Notes: generated from the sequence alone by a model not told the origin. 64,000 nt of DNA from an uncultured Alphaproteobacteria bacterium (GCA_913041535.1 CAJWJK010000003.1:90953-154952), one strand, 5' to 3'. Positions 10,827 through 20,357 are shown, counted from the first letter of the stretch. Made by a program: numbers and translations.

Positions 10827-11089
10827 TCTTATTCCTATGTGTTCTTCTATTTTAGTGGTCGATTCAGGACTGTTTAGTCTAATTCATCGTACTGGTTGGT
10901 CACGTTCCAGAAGCCGAATAGCTGCAACAATAATGGGAGAATGGAGTTAAAAGCTACCATGTTGCTGCAATTTCTCTGGTTATTGGTTGAAAGTATGTGT
11001 GTGTTAGTTATCTTGGGACAGGGCTACTTGCTATTCTTGATCGCAACAGACATGCTCTATGATTCTCTTCAACCGTGCATTGCTTGTTT

Positions 11090-12244
11090 ATGGAACGCTC
11101 TGAACTAAGGGATAGATTTAAGTCCTCCCCTCTGAGTGCCAGGAAAGAAGGTGTGCGCCTTATTGCCGTTGATCGTGCTTTAGATGATCTCCGCCGCGGA
11201 ATGCCCGTAGTGTTAGTTGGGGGAGATGCGCATTACGCAGTCGCTGCTGCTGAGCGGATTAGTGACGAGACTATAGCGTGGTTAAACAACTTTGGTGGAG
11301 GTGAGCCATTTCTGGTTATCAGTGCTCATCGGGCGAGAACACTGAAAATCAAGCAAACTGGTTCTGAAGCGGTGGCAGTTCGCGGATCCGGACATCTTGC
11401 GGCGGCAGATATTGCGACACTTGTGGACCCGACAGCTGATTTAGACCATCCAATGCGAGGACCATTTGTGGCACTTCAAGAACAGCCTGGGGAGGAGCTC
11501 CGTGCAGCTCTAATGTTGAATAGGCTGGCGCGGCTATTACCAGCAGCAGTCATGACTCGTATCGGGCAAAAATATGACCCACCGGGGCTGCGGGAGAGCG
11601 AGCCCTTTCTTAGTGTATCGACTAAAGAGATTTTTTCCCACGAAACGTCGGCAGCGGAGTCACTGGTTGCGGTTAGTGAGGCTCACGTGCCACTTGTCGG
11701 GGCCGTTAAGACACGAATAATAGTTTTTCGTCCAAAAACCGGTGGTGTTGAACACCTGGCAATAATTATTGGGGAACCAAGTCGCTCTGTTCCGGCGTTG
11801 GTAAGGCTTCATTCTGAGTGTTTTACGGGCGACTTGTTGGGAAGTTTGCGTTGCGACTGTGGGCAACAGTTACGAGGGGCAGTGGACGCTATTTCCGAGG
11901 GTGGAGGTGGCGTTTTGCTGTATTTAGCCCAAGAGGGTCGAGGGATTGGTCTTGTAAATAAGCTTCGTGCTTATCAATTGCAAGATCAAGGCTACGACAC
12001 AATAGATGCAAACCAACGGCTTGGCTTCGAAGCCGATGAACGCATTTTTCTTCCCGCTGCAAAGATGCTTCGGAATCTTGGGTTCAATAGCGTTAGATTG
12101 CTCACGAATAATCCGCACAAGGTGTCAGCTTTGGAGTTGAACGGCATAGAGGTGATAGAGCGAGTTTCGCACAGTTTTCCGGCAAATGATCATAACCTTA
12201 AGTATCTTGAGACCAAGGCAAAGAGATCCGGCCATCTGCTCTAA
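11090..12244 (+). CDS. ribA: GTP cyclohydrolase II with degenerate N-terminal RibB-like domain
   Basis: VRLHSECFTGD..GSLRCDCG.QL, QEGRGIGL.NK..AY.LQD, LLTNNP.K, YL.TK. Start uncertain (11075-11153). Confidence 0.92.
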   Translation: MERSELRDRFKSSPLSARKEGVRLIAVDRALDDLRRGMPVVLVGGDAHYAVAAAERISDETIAWLNNFGGGEPFLVISAHRARTLKIKQTGSEAVAVRGSGHLAAADIATLVDPTADLDHPMRGPFVALQEQPGEELRAALMLNRLARLLPAAVMTRIGQKYDPPGLRESEPFLSVSTKEIFSHETSAAESLVAVSEAHVPLVGAVKTRIIVFRPKTGGVEHLAIIIGEPSRSVPALVRLHSECFTGDLLGSLRCDCGQQLRGAVDAISEGGGGVLLYLAQEGRGIGLVNKLRAYQLQDQGYDTIDANQRLGFEADERIFLPAAKMLRNLGFNSVRLLTNNPHKVSALELNGIEVIERVSHSFPANDHNLKYLETKAKRSGHLL

Positions 12245-12288
12245 TCAGAGGTTGTGATGCGAAACAATGTTTTTGGATCCTTGTTCAA

Positions 12289-12828
12289 ATGAGGGCAACC
12301 ATTGTGACAAGTATTGGGGAGGCAATAGAGGGAGAAACAATATCAATTTCCGATGGGGTTGTTATTTGGCGCAAGCGGAGATATCGGTGTGCCTTAGGGG
12401 CCTCCGGCGTTAACAAACAAAAGATTGAGGGTGACGGCGTAACGCCAATTGGGTGCTTTGCGATAAGATATATTTTATATCGAGCTGACCGTATTCCTCT
12501 TCCAAGAACTGGTCTTCCAGTCCAACAATTAGCGGCTGATGATGGATGGTGTGACGATCCCAACGACAAATTTTATAACAAACGAGTCCGGTTGCCTTAC
12601 GTGGGTCGTACGGAGAGGTTGTTCCGTGACGACAATTTATACGATTTAATCGCTGTGCTAGGCTACAACGATGACCCAGTGATTCCAGGAAACGGAAGTG
12701 CGATATTTATGCATATCGCTCAATCAAATTATGCTCCAACGGCTGGATGTATTGCATTAGAACTGTCGGACTTGCTCTCTATCCTAGTTGATTGTGGTTT
12801 AGGGTCTAGGGTGTGTATTGGTAGTTAG
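12289..12828 (+). CDS. L,D-transpeptidase (YkuD)-family protein
   Basis: K.EGDG.TP.G, WCDDP, GSAIFMH, TAGCIAL. Confidence 0.88.
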   Translation: MRATIVTSIGEAIEGETISISDGVVIWRKRRYRCALGASGVNKQKIEGDGVTPIGCFAIRYILYRADRIPLPRTGLPVQQLAADDGWCDDPNDKFYNKRVRLPYVGRTERLFRDDNLYDLIAVLGYNDDPVIPGNGSAIFMHIAQSNYAPTAGCIALELSDLLSILVDCGLGSRVCIGS

Positions 12829-12890
12829 CACGCAAGTTAGTAGATATCAGCTGCCTTGTTCTTCATGGACTAACATAAAAAAACCATTGA

Positions 12891-13586
12891 TTAACGAGAT
12901 GAACGCGCCCCGAAAATGGCGGTGCCTATACGCACTTCCGTTGAGCCGAAGTCAATCGCAGTTTCAAAGTCATGGCTCATTCCCATGCTAAGGCGAGGTA
13001 GACCATTGCGCCTTGCAATTTTTCTTAACAGGGCAAAATACAAAGATGGTTCTTGACCATTTGGCGGAATACACATAAGCCCCTTTACGGGTAGTTGAAA
13101 GTTCCTACAACACTCCACAATAAAGTCATCAGCCTCATTGGGAAGCACGCCACTCTTTTGCGGTTCCTCTCCTATATTAATTTGAACATAGCAGTCCGGG
13201 GATCGGCCCGAACGTTCTATCTCAATTGCTAGCGCACGAGCAACTTTCGGTCTATCGACGGTCTCTATTACGTCACCGATGGATACTGCTGCTCTAATTT
13301 TGTTTGTTTGTAGCGGGCCAATTAAGTGTAGGCGGATATCGCTATATGAAGCTTTTAGCGAGGGCCATTTAGCCTGCGCTTCTTGCACTCGGTTTTCTCC
13401 AAACGTACGCTGGCCAGCCGCCAGTGCAAGTTTAATAGGGTCTTCGCTCAATGTCTTGGTGACAGCTACTAATGTAACATCGTCATTGCGACCGGTAGCT
13501 TCAGACGCTAAACGGATGCGCGTAATTACAGACTCAAGGTTTTCAGAAATACTGGTATTGGGAGTGGTGATGAGTCTAGAGGGCAT
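12891..13586 (-). CDS. yggS: YggS/PLP homeostasis protein
   Basis: LVAVTK, FGENRVQEA, HLIGPLQTNK, GLMCIPP, LSMGMS.DF..AI..GST.VRIGTAIFG. Confidence 0.95.
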   Translation of the reverse strand: MPSRLITTPNTSISENLESVITRIRLASEATGRNDDVTLVAVTKTLSEDPIKLALAAGQRTFGENRVQEAQAKWPSLKASYSDIRLHLIGPLQTNKIRAAVSIGDVIETVDRPKVARALAIEIERSGRSPDCYVQINIGEEPQKSGVLPNEADDFIVECCRNFQLPVKGLMCIPPNGQEPSLYFALLRKIARRNGLPRLSMGMSHDFETAIDFGSTEVRIGTAIFGARSSR

Positions 13587-13613
13587 AGTGGCCGTGGCGC
13601 CGCGCTCGGCAAT

Positions 13614-14228
13614 ATGGTAGCTGATAATGCCATGTTAGCAGATCTTGCTTATCATCTCAATTTAGTATGCCCATTGGATCAAGCTAAGAAGCTTCCCTCA
13701 GCAATTTTTCTTACTGATGATCGTCGGACACCTAATCCAGGTATGGTGTTGCCTACGTTACCACGAGGCAGTGCAGTAATTCTGCGTAACTACTGTGACA
13801 AAAACAGAGCCAGCCATGCTTTTTCTCTTAGGAAAATTTGTCGTCACTATGGGCTTCTTTTTTTAATTTCTGGCGATCCTGCATTGGCTATCAAGACGGG
13901 AGCGGATGGTGTTCACTTGCCTGAATGGTATCTGCGCAGGGGGGTTCTTTACCCCAGACGTCTAAATTGGTTGGTTACAGTTGCGGCTCACAGCAAAGCA
14001 AGTCTGACTCTAGCAGCAAGAGTAAGAGCAGATGCTGCGCTATTATCTCCAGTGTTCCCAACAGACAGTCACAAAGGAGAGAGCACACTAGGTGTGGTAA
14101 AGTTCGCCGCTCTGGTGAGATCAAGTCCTGTACCGGTTTACGCCTTAGGTGGTGTCGATTCACTCACGGCTCGTCGCTTAGCCTCTAGCGGTGCAGTCGG
14201 AGTGGCGGCCATAAAAGGATTGTGCTAG
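13614..14228 (+). CDS. Thiamine phosphate synthase-like (ThiE/TenI family) protein
   Basis: ADGVHL, AAHS, SPVFPT.SH, PVYALGG; divergent N-terminus. Confidence 0.75.
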   Translation: MVADNAMLADLAYHLNLVCPLDQAKKLPSAIFLTDDRRTPNPGMVLPTLPRGSAVILRNYCDKNRASHAFSLRKICRHYGLLFLISGDPALAIKTGADGVHLPEWYLRRGVLYPRRLNWLVTVAAHSKASLTLAARVRADAALLSPVFPTDSHKGESTLGVVKFAALVRSSPVPVYALGGVDSLTARRLASSGAVGVAAIKGLC

Positions 14229-14252
14229 ACGTTCGATAACTTGTGGGCACCA

Positions 14253-15920
14253 CTATTTATCATGCAGTACAAAGTGGTGCTCTATGTGTTCGATAAGTTT
14301 CTGAGCACACTCATCAACGCTGCTATCCGAAGTATCGATTGTAAGCTCTGGGTCCTTGGGAACTTCGTAAGGTGCAGAGATTCCGGTAAATTCTGGTATT
14401 TCACCGGCGCGGGCCTTCTTATAAAGGCCCTTGGGGTCTCGTTTTTCACAAGCTTCTAGGTCGGCTTTTACATATACCTCATGAAATCCGTCAGGTAGCG
14501 CGGTTCGTGCCCTTTCGCGATCAGATCTATATGGTGAAATGAAAGCTGTAATGGTTATAAAACCTGCACCCGCGAACAATGCACCGACCTCGCCAACACG
14601 CCTAATATTCTCGGCCCTATCCTCTGGAGAAAACCCTAGGTTTGAGTTCAGACCGTGTCGAACATTGTCTCCATCAAGAACATATGCTTGGTAGCCAGCA
14701 GCAAATAAACGTTTTTCCACTTCGATAGCGATAGTTGATTTGCCAGCGCCAGAAAGTCCCGTTAGCCACAAAACTCCACCTCGATGGCCATTGCGCTTGG
14801 CTCGGTGTTTATCTGTAACTGAGTGCTCCACACGTACTACATTCGTGGAGCGCACTGTGATCAAATCACGCTGGTCCGCGTAACCCCGCATATTAATTTG
14901 GCCAGCGCCTATAAAGTTTTCACCATCATTTAAAATAAGGCTTCCTGTCGGCTTGCAGATTTCGAATGGGTCCAACGCAATTATTTCGGATGCGCGGATG
15001 GTTGCGTCGAAAATATTGTCCAGGCCAATATCATCGGTGACACGTTCTACAGACTGAATGCTAACTGGAATTACGTGACCAAACCGATAGAAACTGTACC
15101 CAGTGTCAACATTTAATACCTCGCTGCTAAACCCGGCAATGCGAGCACGAAACACATCAGTTTCGAGAGGCGGATTATCAACATGACTAGCAAGTTCGGC
15201 ATTACCAAACTCAAGATCTGAATCAAGTGTAATAGTGACCTCACGCCCAGCTTCTGCGCTGTTTAAGCTTTCATTTTCGTCTATGGCATTAAGAGCAACG
15301 ACACGCGCTGTTTGGTTGGATGGAGAGAACAGTAGAGTGTCTCCCATTTCGATGAGTCCCGTGAGAATATGGCCTGAATATAGTGATTTGTCGGATTCCG
15401 TTCGGCGAATGGGCATGCGTAATGGTACGTCAATAGGGAAGTCTGCCAATTGGATATGCCGAAGTGTAGCTGTTAATTCTGGTCCATCAAACCAAGCAGG
15501 TGGTTCTAATCCACGAGACCCTATAGCCACCGCGGTAACTTTAGGCCAGCCAAGCAGCGCTGATTTAGATTTGATTGTTGAGAAGGCTTCTTCGGCTTTA
15601 TGTGTATCTTTTAGCCCCGTCACTACAATAATCAGTTCATTTATGCCACAAAGGGTAAGTAGAAAGGCATGTTGAAGGCATAGCTGGTCCAGGCCATGAT
15701 TATCATCTGTAGCCAAGATTGCAGTGCTAAGTCCAGCAACTCGGTCCGTTAACCGTTTGGTAAAACCTTCGACTCCAGCATGATCTAATACAGAAATTGT
15801 CTGTTCATTAGATTCAAACTGAAAACTTTGTTCAGTGTCTGAAATGCTAGGATATAAACTTGTAGCAAGGCGATCACTACTCCGTTTATGGCCAGCAATA
15901 ACTAGTTCTAACTTTGCCAT
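14253..15920 (-). CDS. cysC: Adenylyl-sulfate (APS) kinase fused to a degenerate CysN-like domain (CysNC/NodQ architecture)
   Basis: C-terminal kinase motifs intact: [54 protein letters not shown]-terminal ~345 aa align by eye with CysN but lack the G-boxes. Confidence 0.88.
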   Translation of the reverse strand: MAKLELVIAGHKRSSDRLATSLYPSISDTEQSFQFESNEQTISVLDHAGVEGFTKRLTDRVAGLSTAILATDDNHGLDQLCLQHAFLLTLCGINELIIVVTGLKDTHKAEEAFSTIKSKSALLGWPKVTAVAIGSRGLEPPAWFDGPELTATLRHIQLADFPIDVPLRMPIRRTESDKSLYSGHILTGLIEMGDTLLFSPSNQTARVVALNAIDENESLNSAEAGREVTITLDSDLEFGNAELASHVDNPPLETDVFRARIAGFSSEVLNVDTGYSFYRFGHVIPVSIQSVERVTDDIGLDNIFDATIRASEIIALDPFEICKPTGSLILNDGENFIGAGQINMRGYADQRDLITVRSTNVVRVEHSVTDKHRAKRNGHRGGVLWLTGLSGAGKSTIAIEVEKRLFAAGYQAYVLDGDNVRHGLNSNLGFSPEDRAENIRRVGEVGALFAGAGFITITAFISPYRSDRERARTALPDGFHEVYVKADLEACEKRDPKGLYKKARAGEIPEFTGISAPYEVPKDPELTIDTSDSSVDECAQKLIEHIEHHFVLHDK

Positions 15921-16074
15921 TTAATCTGAATTCACCCTATTATTTTCAATTCATATGCATTGTGACGAGTGAGAGCTTAGCCAATCAGCCGTTTCTCACT
16001 TACGATTGATAATCTAAGGTAATCAATATTCCAACATACTCATAGTTACAACACTTTGATCCTCAAAACATATT

Positions 16075-16902
16075 TTATGGAAGATAATTAAAGCGATCCA
16101 TTTGGTCGCCATGTGCCGCAACGATTTTGTCAATTTGTGATCGAGATAGGTGGCTGCGCCATTGATCTGCTTCACCGGATCGGAAAAATGCATTTGACAT
16201 CGGACTGCGTTCACGAAACCCCTGGCTTTGTTCCTGCTTCTGTAATACATCAAACGAAGAAAAATTTATTGCTTTTGACAGTCTGCTTGATGAGCAATGA
16301 AGGCCAAGAAAATGAACCATGTTCCCAAAGTAAACCTTGGGAGATTCATATAAATCTTCGTATCGGACAACGTATAGAGATTCATTGGCATCTTGTGTCC
16401 AACTCTTGACGTGTTGACTCCAAGTGCCCAGCGTAATCGGAATATTTCTCGGATCTTCTGGGGCGCCAGCAGTGGCGTTGGCAAGAAGGTCAATTGTTGT
16501 ATCGACATCAAGGCCTGAGTGGTGTGACATAGAAAGCACAACGTCCATTGGGTTTCGAAGTATATATATGGCACCTGAAGTGCAATCCATAGTTATTGCT
16601 GGGGTTCCATGTTGTTCAGTAAGTGGGCTATGTGTTTTAACAAATACTGAGTCGGAGTTTGCGGTTGACATAAGTTGGTGAACGCGAGGCCGGATTTGAG
16701 CGAGCTGGTATTGATCCATGCCGTCGACTGGGCCACCTGCCACTTTGCCATACCAGTCTTTTCGGCCATCCCCCATCGTAACTTTATCCAGCTCATTAAT
16801 GCTTGCTGCGGTAGCAGAGTTGAAAAATAAGTTATGAATGAAAGCCCGTAGCCAAGTGTTCCCGGATTTTGGGTACGAGGCGATCCAAATGATTCCGCTC
16901 AT
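16075..16902 (-). CDS. PAPS-dependent sulfotransferase (Sulfotransfer_1 type)
   Basis: IIWIASYPKSGNTWLR (5'-PSB), FVKTH, RNPMDVVLS (3'-PB), RYEDL, FFRSG...QWR. Start at ATG 16902; the longer ORF call runs through the porin terminator. Confidence 0.9.
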   Translation of the reverse strand: MSGIIWIASYPKSGNTWLRAFIHNLFFNSATAASINELDKVTMGDGRKDWYGKVAGGPVDGMDQYQLAQIRPRVHQLMSTANSDSVFVKTHSPLTEQHGTPAITMDCTSGAIYILRNPMDVVLSMSHHSGLDVDTTIDLLANATAGAPEDPRNIPITLGTWSQHVKSWTQDANESLYVVRYEDLYESPKVYFGNMVHFLGLHCSSSRLSKAINFSSFDVLQKQEQSQGFRERSPMSNAFFRSGEADQWRSHLSRSQIDKIVAAHGDQMDRFNYLP

Positions 16903-16966
16903 TAAAATCACATCAGCTGAAAATAATAAGGTTTGGTAGTAGGTCTTCGTGGGGTTTGGCAAACGT

Positions 16967-16994
16967 AAAAGGGGCGGACCGAAGCCCGCCCCTT
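16967..16994 (-). terminator. Rho-independent terminator of the porin gene
   Basis: Minus strand GGGGCGGGC-TTCG-GTCCGCCCC followed by TTTT; cUUCGg tetraloop about 25 nt after the porin stop. Confidence 0.88.
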
Positions 16995-17017
16995 CACAAG
17001 CGTTATGAATTTTACTG

Positions 17018-18175
17018 CTAGAAGAACACCGCCGTGCCGACAAACACAGCACTTACATCATTCTCATTTGCAGCAGCTCTGGCATTATCAGTCATAGTGA
17101 TATTCTGGAGACCAAATGCGAATTGGACACCAGGACCGACGTCATAGGTACCACCGATCTCAAATGCTTCTATTTCATCTGAGCCAGCACCGGCACCAGC
17201 TTCAACATCCATCTCTACGTACTGTACACCGAAGCCCCATGGGCCTGTTGAATAACGCGCGCCAACCGACCAGTTGGTACGATCAAAGTCACCCACGACA
17301 CCGGTTCCAGTGAAACCGCCGTCATTAGACTGACGATAAGCAGCACCAACAGTAATGTTGTTCACGCTTGCCCTCAAACCAGTGGAGAAAGCCTCAAGAT
17401 CATCAGATCCAGCCGCTCCAGTAGTTGTGCTAGGTGCCTCAGGTTCACCCTGGGTATAACCGAATGACATCGCAAGATCGACATCACCAACAGTGCTGAC
17501 GTAGTTCATGCCAACATCCCAAAGAGTATCCGAGCCAGCATTGTTCTCTGCAGGCGGCCCACCAATGGAGCCAAGACCGAAGAGACCGTTACAGTTTGCT
17601 GTTGCAGCCTGGCAATTTTCCGGCGTGTAGGATACCCCAAGCTGGAAACCACCCATGCGCGGCGTGAAGACCGTGATCTTCTCTGCATCACCTGAAGTGG
17701 TCAAGTAGGTTGAGGTGTATGCCAAAGTCGAGTTGCCGCCAGGTGCCGTAAATGTAAAGACAGGAGACTCAAAACCCCATCCAAACATAGAAGGCGTTGG
17801 TGACTGATAGTGCATTGTATTGGAAGCACTGTTCCGCGCACCCATTTGAACACGAAAATCAGCAAATTCCATCCAAATGTAACTGTCTTCGATATGGTCT
17901 GTGTTGTTCTCAGCTTTGATATCAAAGGCTGCACCGACCTGGAGACCGTTATCAAACGTTGAGTTACCGCTGAAACCAATTATGCCCCAACGACTAAAAA
18001 CGTGATCACGAGTATTGGCTGCGGGCTCGCCGACAGCATCATCTCCTGATACCAAGCCGACGTTAAAGATGTACCAGCCTCCAACACCCAATTTCACGGG
18101 ATCATTGGCCATCGCAGGGCCGGCTACTGCGCCAGCCGCTATGAGAGCCGTAGTACCGTATAGGTATTTCTTCAT
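17018..18175 (-). CDS. Outer-membrane porin (alphaproteobacterial general porin type)
   Basis: Signal peptide MKK.LYGTTAL..A.A, FDNGLQVG, KITVFTPRMGGFQLGVSYTP, amphipathic beta strands, C-terminal Phe, GAGG RBS, own terminator. Confidence 0.9.
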   Translation of the reverse strand: MKKYLYGTTALIAAGAVAGPAMANDPVKLGVGGWYIFNVGLVSGDDAVGEPAANTRDHVFSRWGIIGFSGNSTFDNGLQVGAAFDIKAENNTDHIEDSYIWMEFADFRVQMGARNSASNTMHYQSPTPSMFGWGFESPVFTFTAPGGNSTLAYTSTYLTTSGDAEKITVFTPRMGGFQLGVSYTPENCQAATANCNGLFGLGSIGGPPAENNAGSDTLWDVGMNYVSTVGDVDLAMSFGYTQGEPEAPSTTTGAAGSDDLEAFSTGLRASVNNITVGAAYRQSNDGGFTGTGVVGDFDRTNWSVGARYSTGPWGFGVQYVEMDVEAGAGAGSDEIEAFEIGGTYDVGPGVQFAFGLQNITMTDNARAAANENDVSAVFVGTAVFF

Positions 18176-18357
18176 CCTAACCTCACTTACAGACGCACAA
18201 AGACCCGAGCATGCCGGGCGCGCCCCTTTTAATGATGGCCTATTCAGCCAGTACAGGGGCGGACCGTCAAGCTAGGCGACTCCCGACTGTGTCGAAATTC
18301 GGTCACTGTTGCTAGATTGACACAGCAGTATGCATTCTGGTTCAAAAAACGGCGGTT

Positions 18358-20217
18358 CTACAGGTCACTTTCCAACGCTGACCGCAGTGGAGCTAGTTCT
18401 CCACTGTAGAGTTTTGCCCGTCCGACCTCGCGACGACAGCGATCTAGCTCCTGTGCTAACGAGAGAGAGTTCTGATGGTTTGGCCTTTCGAGACATGTTT
18501 TGTCCCATTTTAGTCCGCAAAAGGAAACTATTTCTTGGCTAATGGTTTCAAAGTCATGTAACAACTCTTCATAACTAATATTGAGTGTATTCAAGCCTAA
18601 GGTGATGCCCCAGTGCTTCATTAGACGTTGATATTGGGCTAGTTCGCTACCGATATTTGCGAGGCTTGCACTGTAAGTGAGGCCGTCCTGATCGAAATCC
18701 CTGAAGTAGGTGAACAAACCGCAGTCCAACGGGTCGCGAATGCAGCGTATAACTCGCGCGTTTGGAAATAAACCGGAAATCAGCCCAAGATATAGATAGT
18801 TGTTTAATGAATCATCTACGATCCTTTCAGCGTCACGGGCGGGGCCTCCTACCCTAGTAAGGTATTCTTGTGCCAGTTGAGTAGCCGTGGTTGCTGATAG
18901 ATCTCGTACGCAGTGAGGGTAGGGATTTATACTTCCAAGTGTATCCTGCAGGGATAGCGCGACCTGTTGAAGATTTGCAAAATTACTTCCGCTACGTACA
19001 CCAGGGTAGCTGGTTAATACTTCTTTGATGAGGTTGGACCCTGATTCGGGCATGCTAACCAAAAATATCAATAAGTCGGATTCGACCTCTGCGCGCGGAA
19101 GTGTTTGTAAATGCGTTCGGTCAAAAACCTCCATAGAATCAGTTACAAATTGTTGCTGGGCTTCGCGGTCATAAGCGACATCAGCTAGCTGATTGCCGAT
19201 CTTTGCATGATCGAATGCCTCAGTATGATAATCACGCTGGTCATACAATCGTGCGAGTCCAAGATGAAGAGATCTTGAAACATCTCGTGAGAGGTCGGGC
19301 TCTACGAGAATGCTCTCAATTCTTCTGCAGTTGGCCTCAGTTGGGGCTTGTACTGCCATAAGATAAGCAAGCATTGCAGATACAGTATTGCTATCGCTTT
19401 GCTGTTGGGCCCGATACTTCAGCAGCTGTATAGCAAGGTCAAGGTATCCACGGTAATACAGTGTAAGCGCTGCACGGCACAGCTCGTCCACTTGGCAATG
19501 TGGAGTTGACGACATTTGTTTGAAAATCGCTAGGGATTGACTGGCGTTACCACTATCCAGTAAGGCATGTCCGTAGGGAGCGAGTAAGCTGTTAGTCACA
19601 TCTTGGTTGCCTAATGACAGTGCTTTTTCGTAAGCAGTGATAGCCTCGTCCAAATGTCCCAGCCGATGCGTAACTATGGCAAGACCTGCATAGGGTTCAG
19701 CATTGTGCCGATCTATGTCGATAAGTAGCTGGTAGGTATCCCTCGCTTCGTCGAATCTGTTTGTCTCTCTCAATGCAACGGCGAGGTTGTTCGCAATATG
19801 TGGATTTCTAGCATCCAGTTCGAGGGCATCTCTGAAGGCATCGATTGCACTGGGTATCTGTTTTGTAGCAATTAACACGTTTCCAAGTTTGAAAAGATTT
19901 GCAGCATTTCGAGGGTCAAGCTCTAAAGCTTGATGTAGGCTTGTTTCGGCATCGGATAAACGGCCGATAGAGTGCAATACCAAAGCCCGATTTGAGTGAT
20001 ATCGTGCTTCGTTGGGCCGAAAAGATATCGCTTTAGCGATGCGTTCCAGAGCTGCGGCATGATCGCCTTGTTGGTAAGCTACAACACCCCACAGGTGCCA
20101 TGCATCGGGTTGGTCTGGGTCATTAACCACAACTTTTTCATATAGTTGGCTTGCCTGTTCCAAATTCCCGGAACGGTGTGCCTTGTTTGCGGTAGCGAGA
20201 ATATTGCTGTTGTCTAT
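18358..20217 (-). CDS. TPR-repeat protein with C-terminal sulfotransferase-fold domain (motifs degenerate)
   Basis: About 6 TPRs (AWHLWG, YHSNRA, LFKLGN, IANNLA, PYAGLA), then IFLVSMPESGSNL, FPNARVIRCIRDPLD, SYEEL. Frame is open 18 codons upstream of the TTG at 20163, to an ATA with GGAG 7 nt before it. Confidence 0.8.
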   Translation of the reverse strand: MDNSNILATANKAHRSGNLEQASQLYEKVVVNDPDQPDAWHLWGVVAYQQGDHAAALERIAKAISFRPNEARYHSNRALVLHSIGRLSDAETSLHQALELDPRNAANLFKLGNVLIATKQIPSAIDAFRDALELDARNPHIANNLAVALRETNRFDEARDTYQLLIDIDRHNAEPYAGLAIVTHRLGHLDEAITAYEKALSLGNQDVTNSLLAPYGHALLDSGNASQSLAIFKQMSSTPHCQVDELCRAALTLYYRGYLDLAIQLLKYRAQQQSDSNTVSAMLAYLMAVQAPTEANCRRIESILVEPDLSRDVSRSLHLGLARLYDQRDYHTEAFDHAKIGNQLADVAYDREAQQQFVTDSMEVFDRTHLQTLPRAEVESDLLIFLVSMPESGSNLIKEVLTSYPGVRSGSNFANLQQVALSLQDTLGSINPYPHCVRDLSATTATQLAQEYLTRVGGPARDAERIVDDSLNNYLYLGLISGLFPNARVIRCIRDPLDCGLFTYFRDFDQDGLTYSASLANIGSELAQYQRLMKHWGITLGLNTLNISYEELLHDFETISQEIVSFCGLKWDKTCLERPNHQNSLSLAQELDRCRREVGRAKLYSGELAPLRSALESDL

Positions 20218-20357
20218 GTTACTGCTCCATTTCTTTCAACTTGTTGTGAGCAACATGAAGTTTGTTATGGTGCTGCGGCACTAATAATATACCCTAAATA
20301 CGAGTATAGGCGGGCCAATTTGTTTAGGGCGCGTCCAACTGCACGAGAGGGAACGTT

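Noticed and set aside
10896-11108. Hydrophobic 70-aa ORF or FMN riboswitch upstream of ribA
   Set aside because: No FMN riboswitch core (AGGGC.GGGTGAAA.TCCC) visible; the ORF overlaps the ribA start region and its hydrophobicity is explained by T-rich sequence.
11090-11640. Degenerate RibB-like N-terminal domain of RibA
   Set aside because: Inactive RibB/RibA modules in RibBA-type fusions are already well known; not novel.
13587-13632. TPP riboswitch before the thiE-like gene
   Set aside because: Under 50 bp between divergent starts and no CTGAGA/TGATC core.
16006-16027. TTGAT...ATCAA upstream of the APS kinase gene as an FNR box
   Set aside because: Spacer is 11 nt rather than 4.
16903-17052. 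50-aa N-terminal extension of the sulfotransferase in the ORF track
   Set aside because: It overlaps the porin end and spans its terminator; homology begins at ATG 16902.
17870-17910. Porin segment DHIEDSY as a tyrosine-sulfation target
   Set aside because: The acidic-Tyr context matches a general porin strand motif (IDExY), so it is not specific evidence of sulfation.
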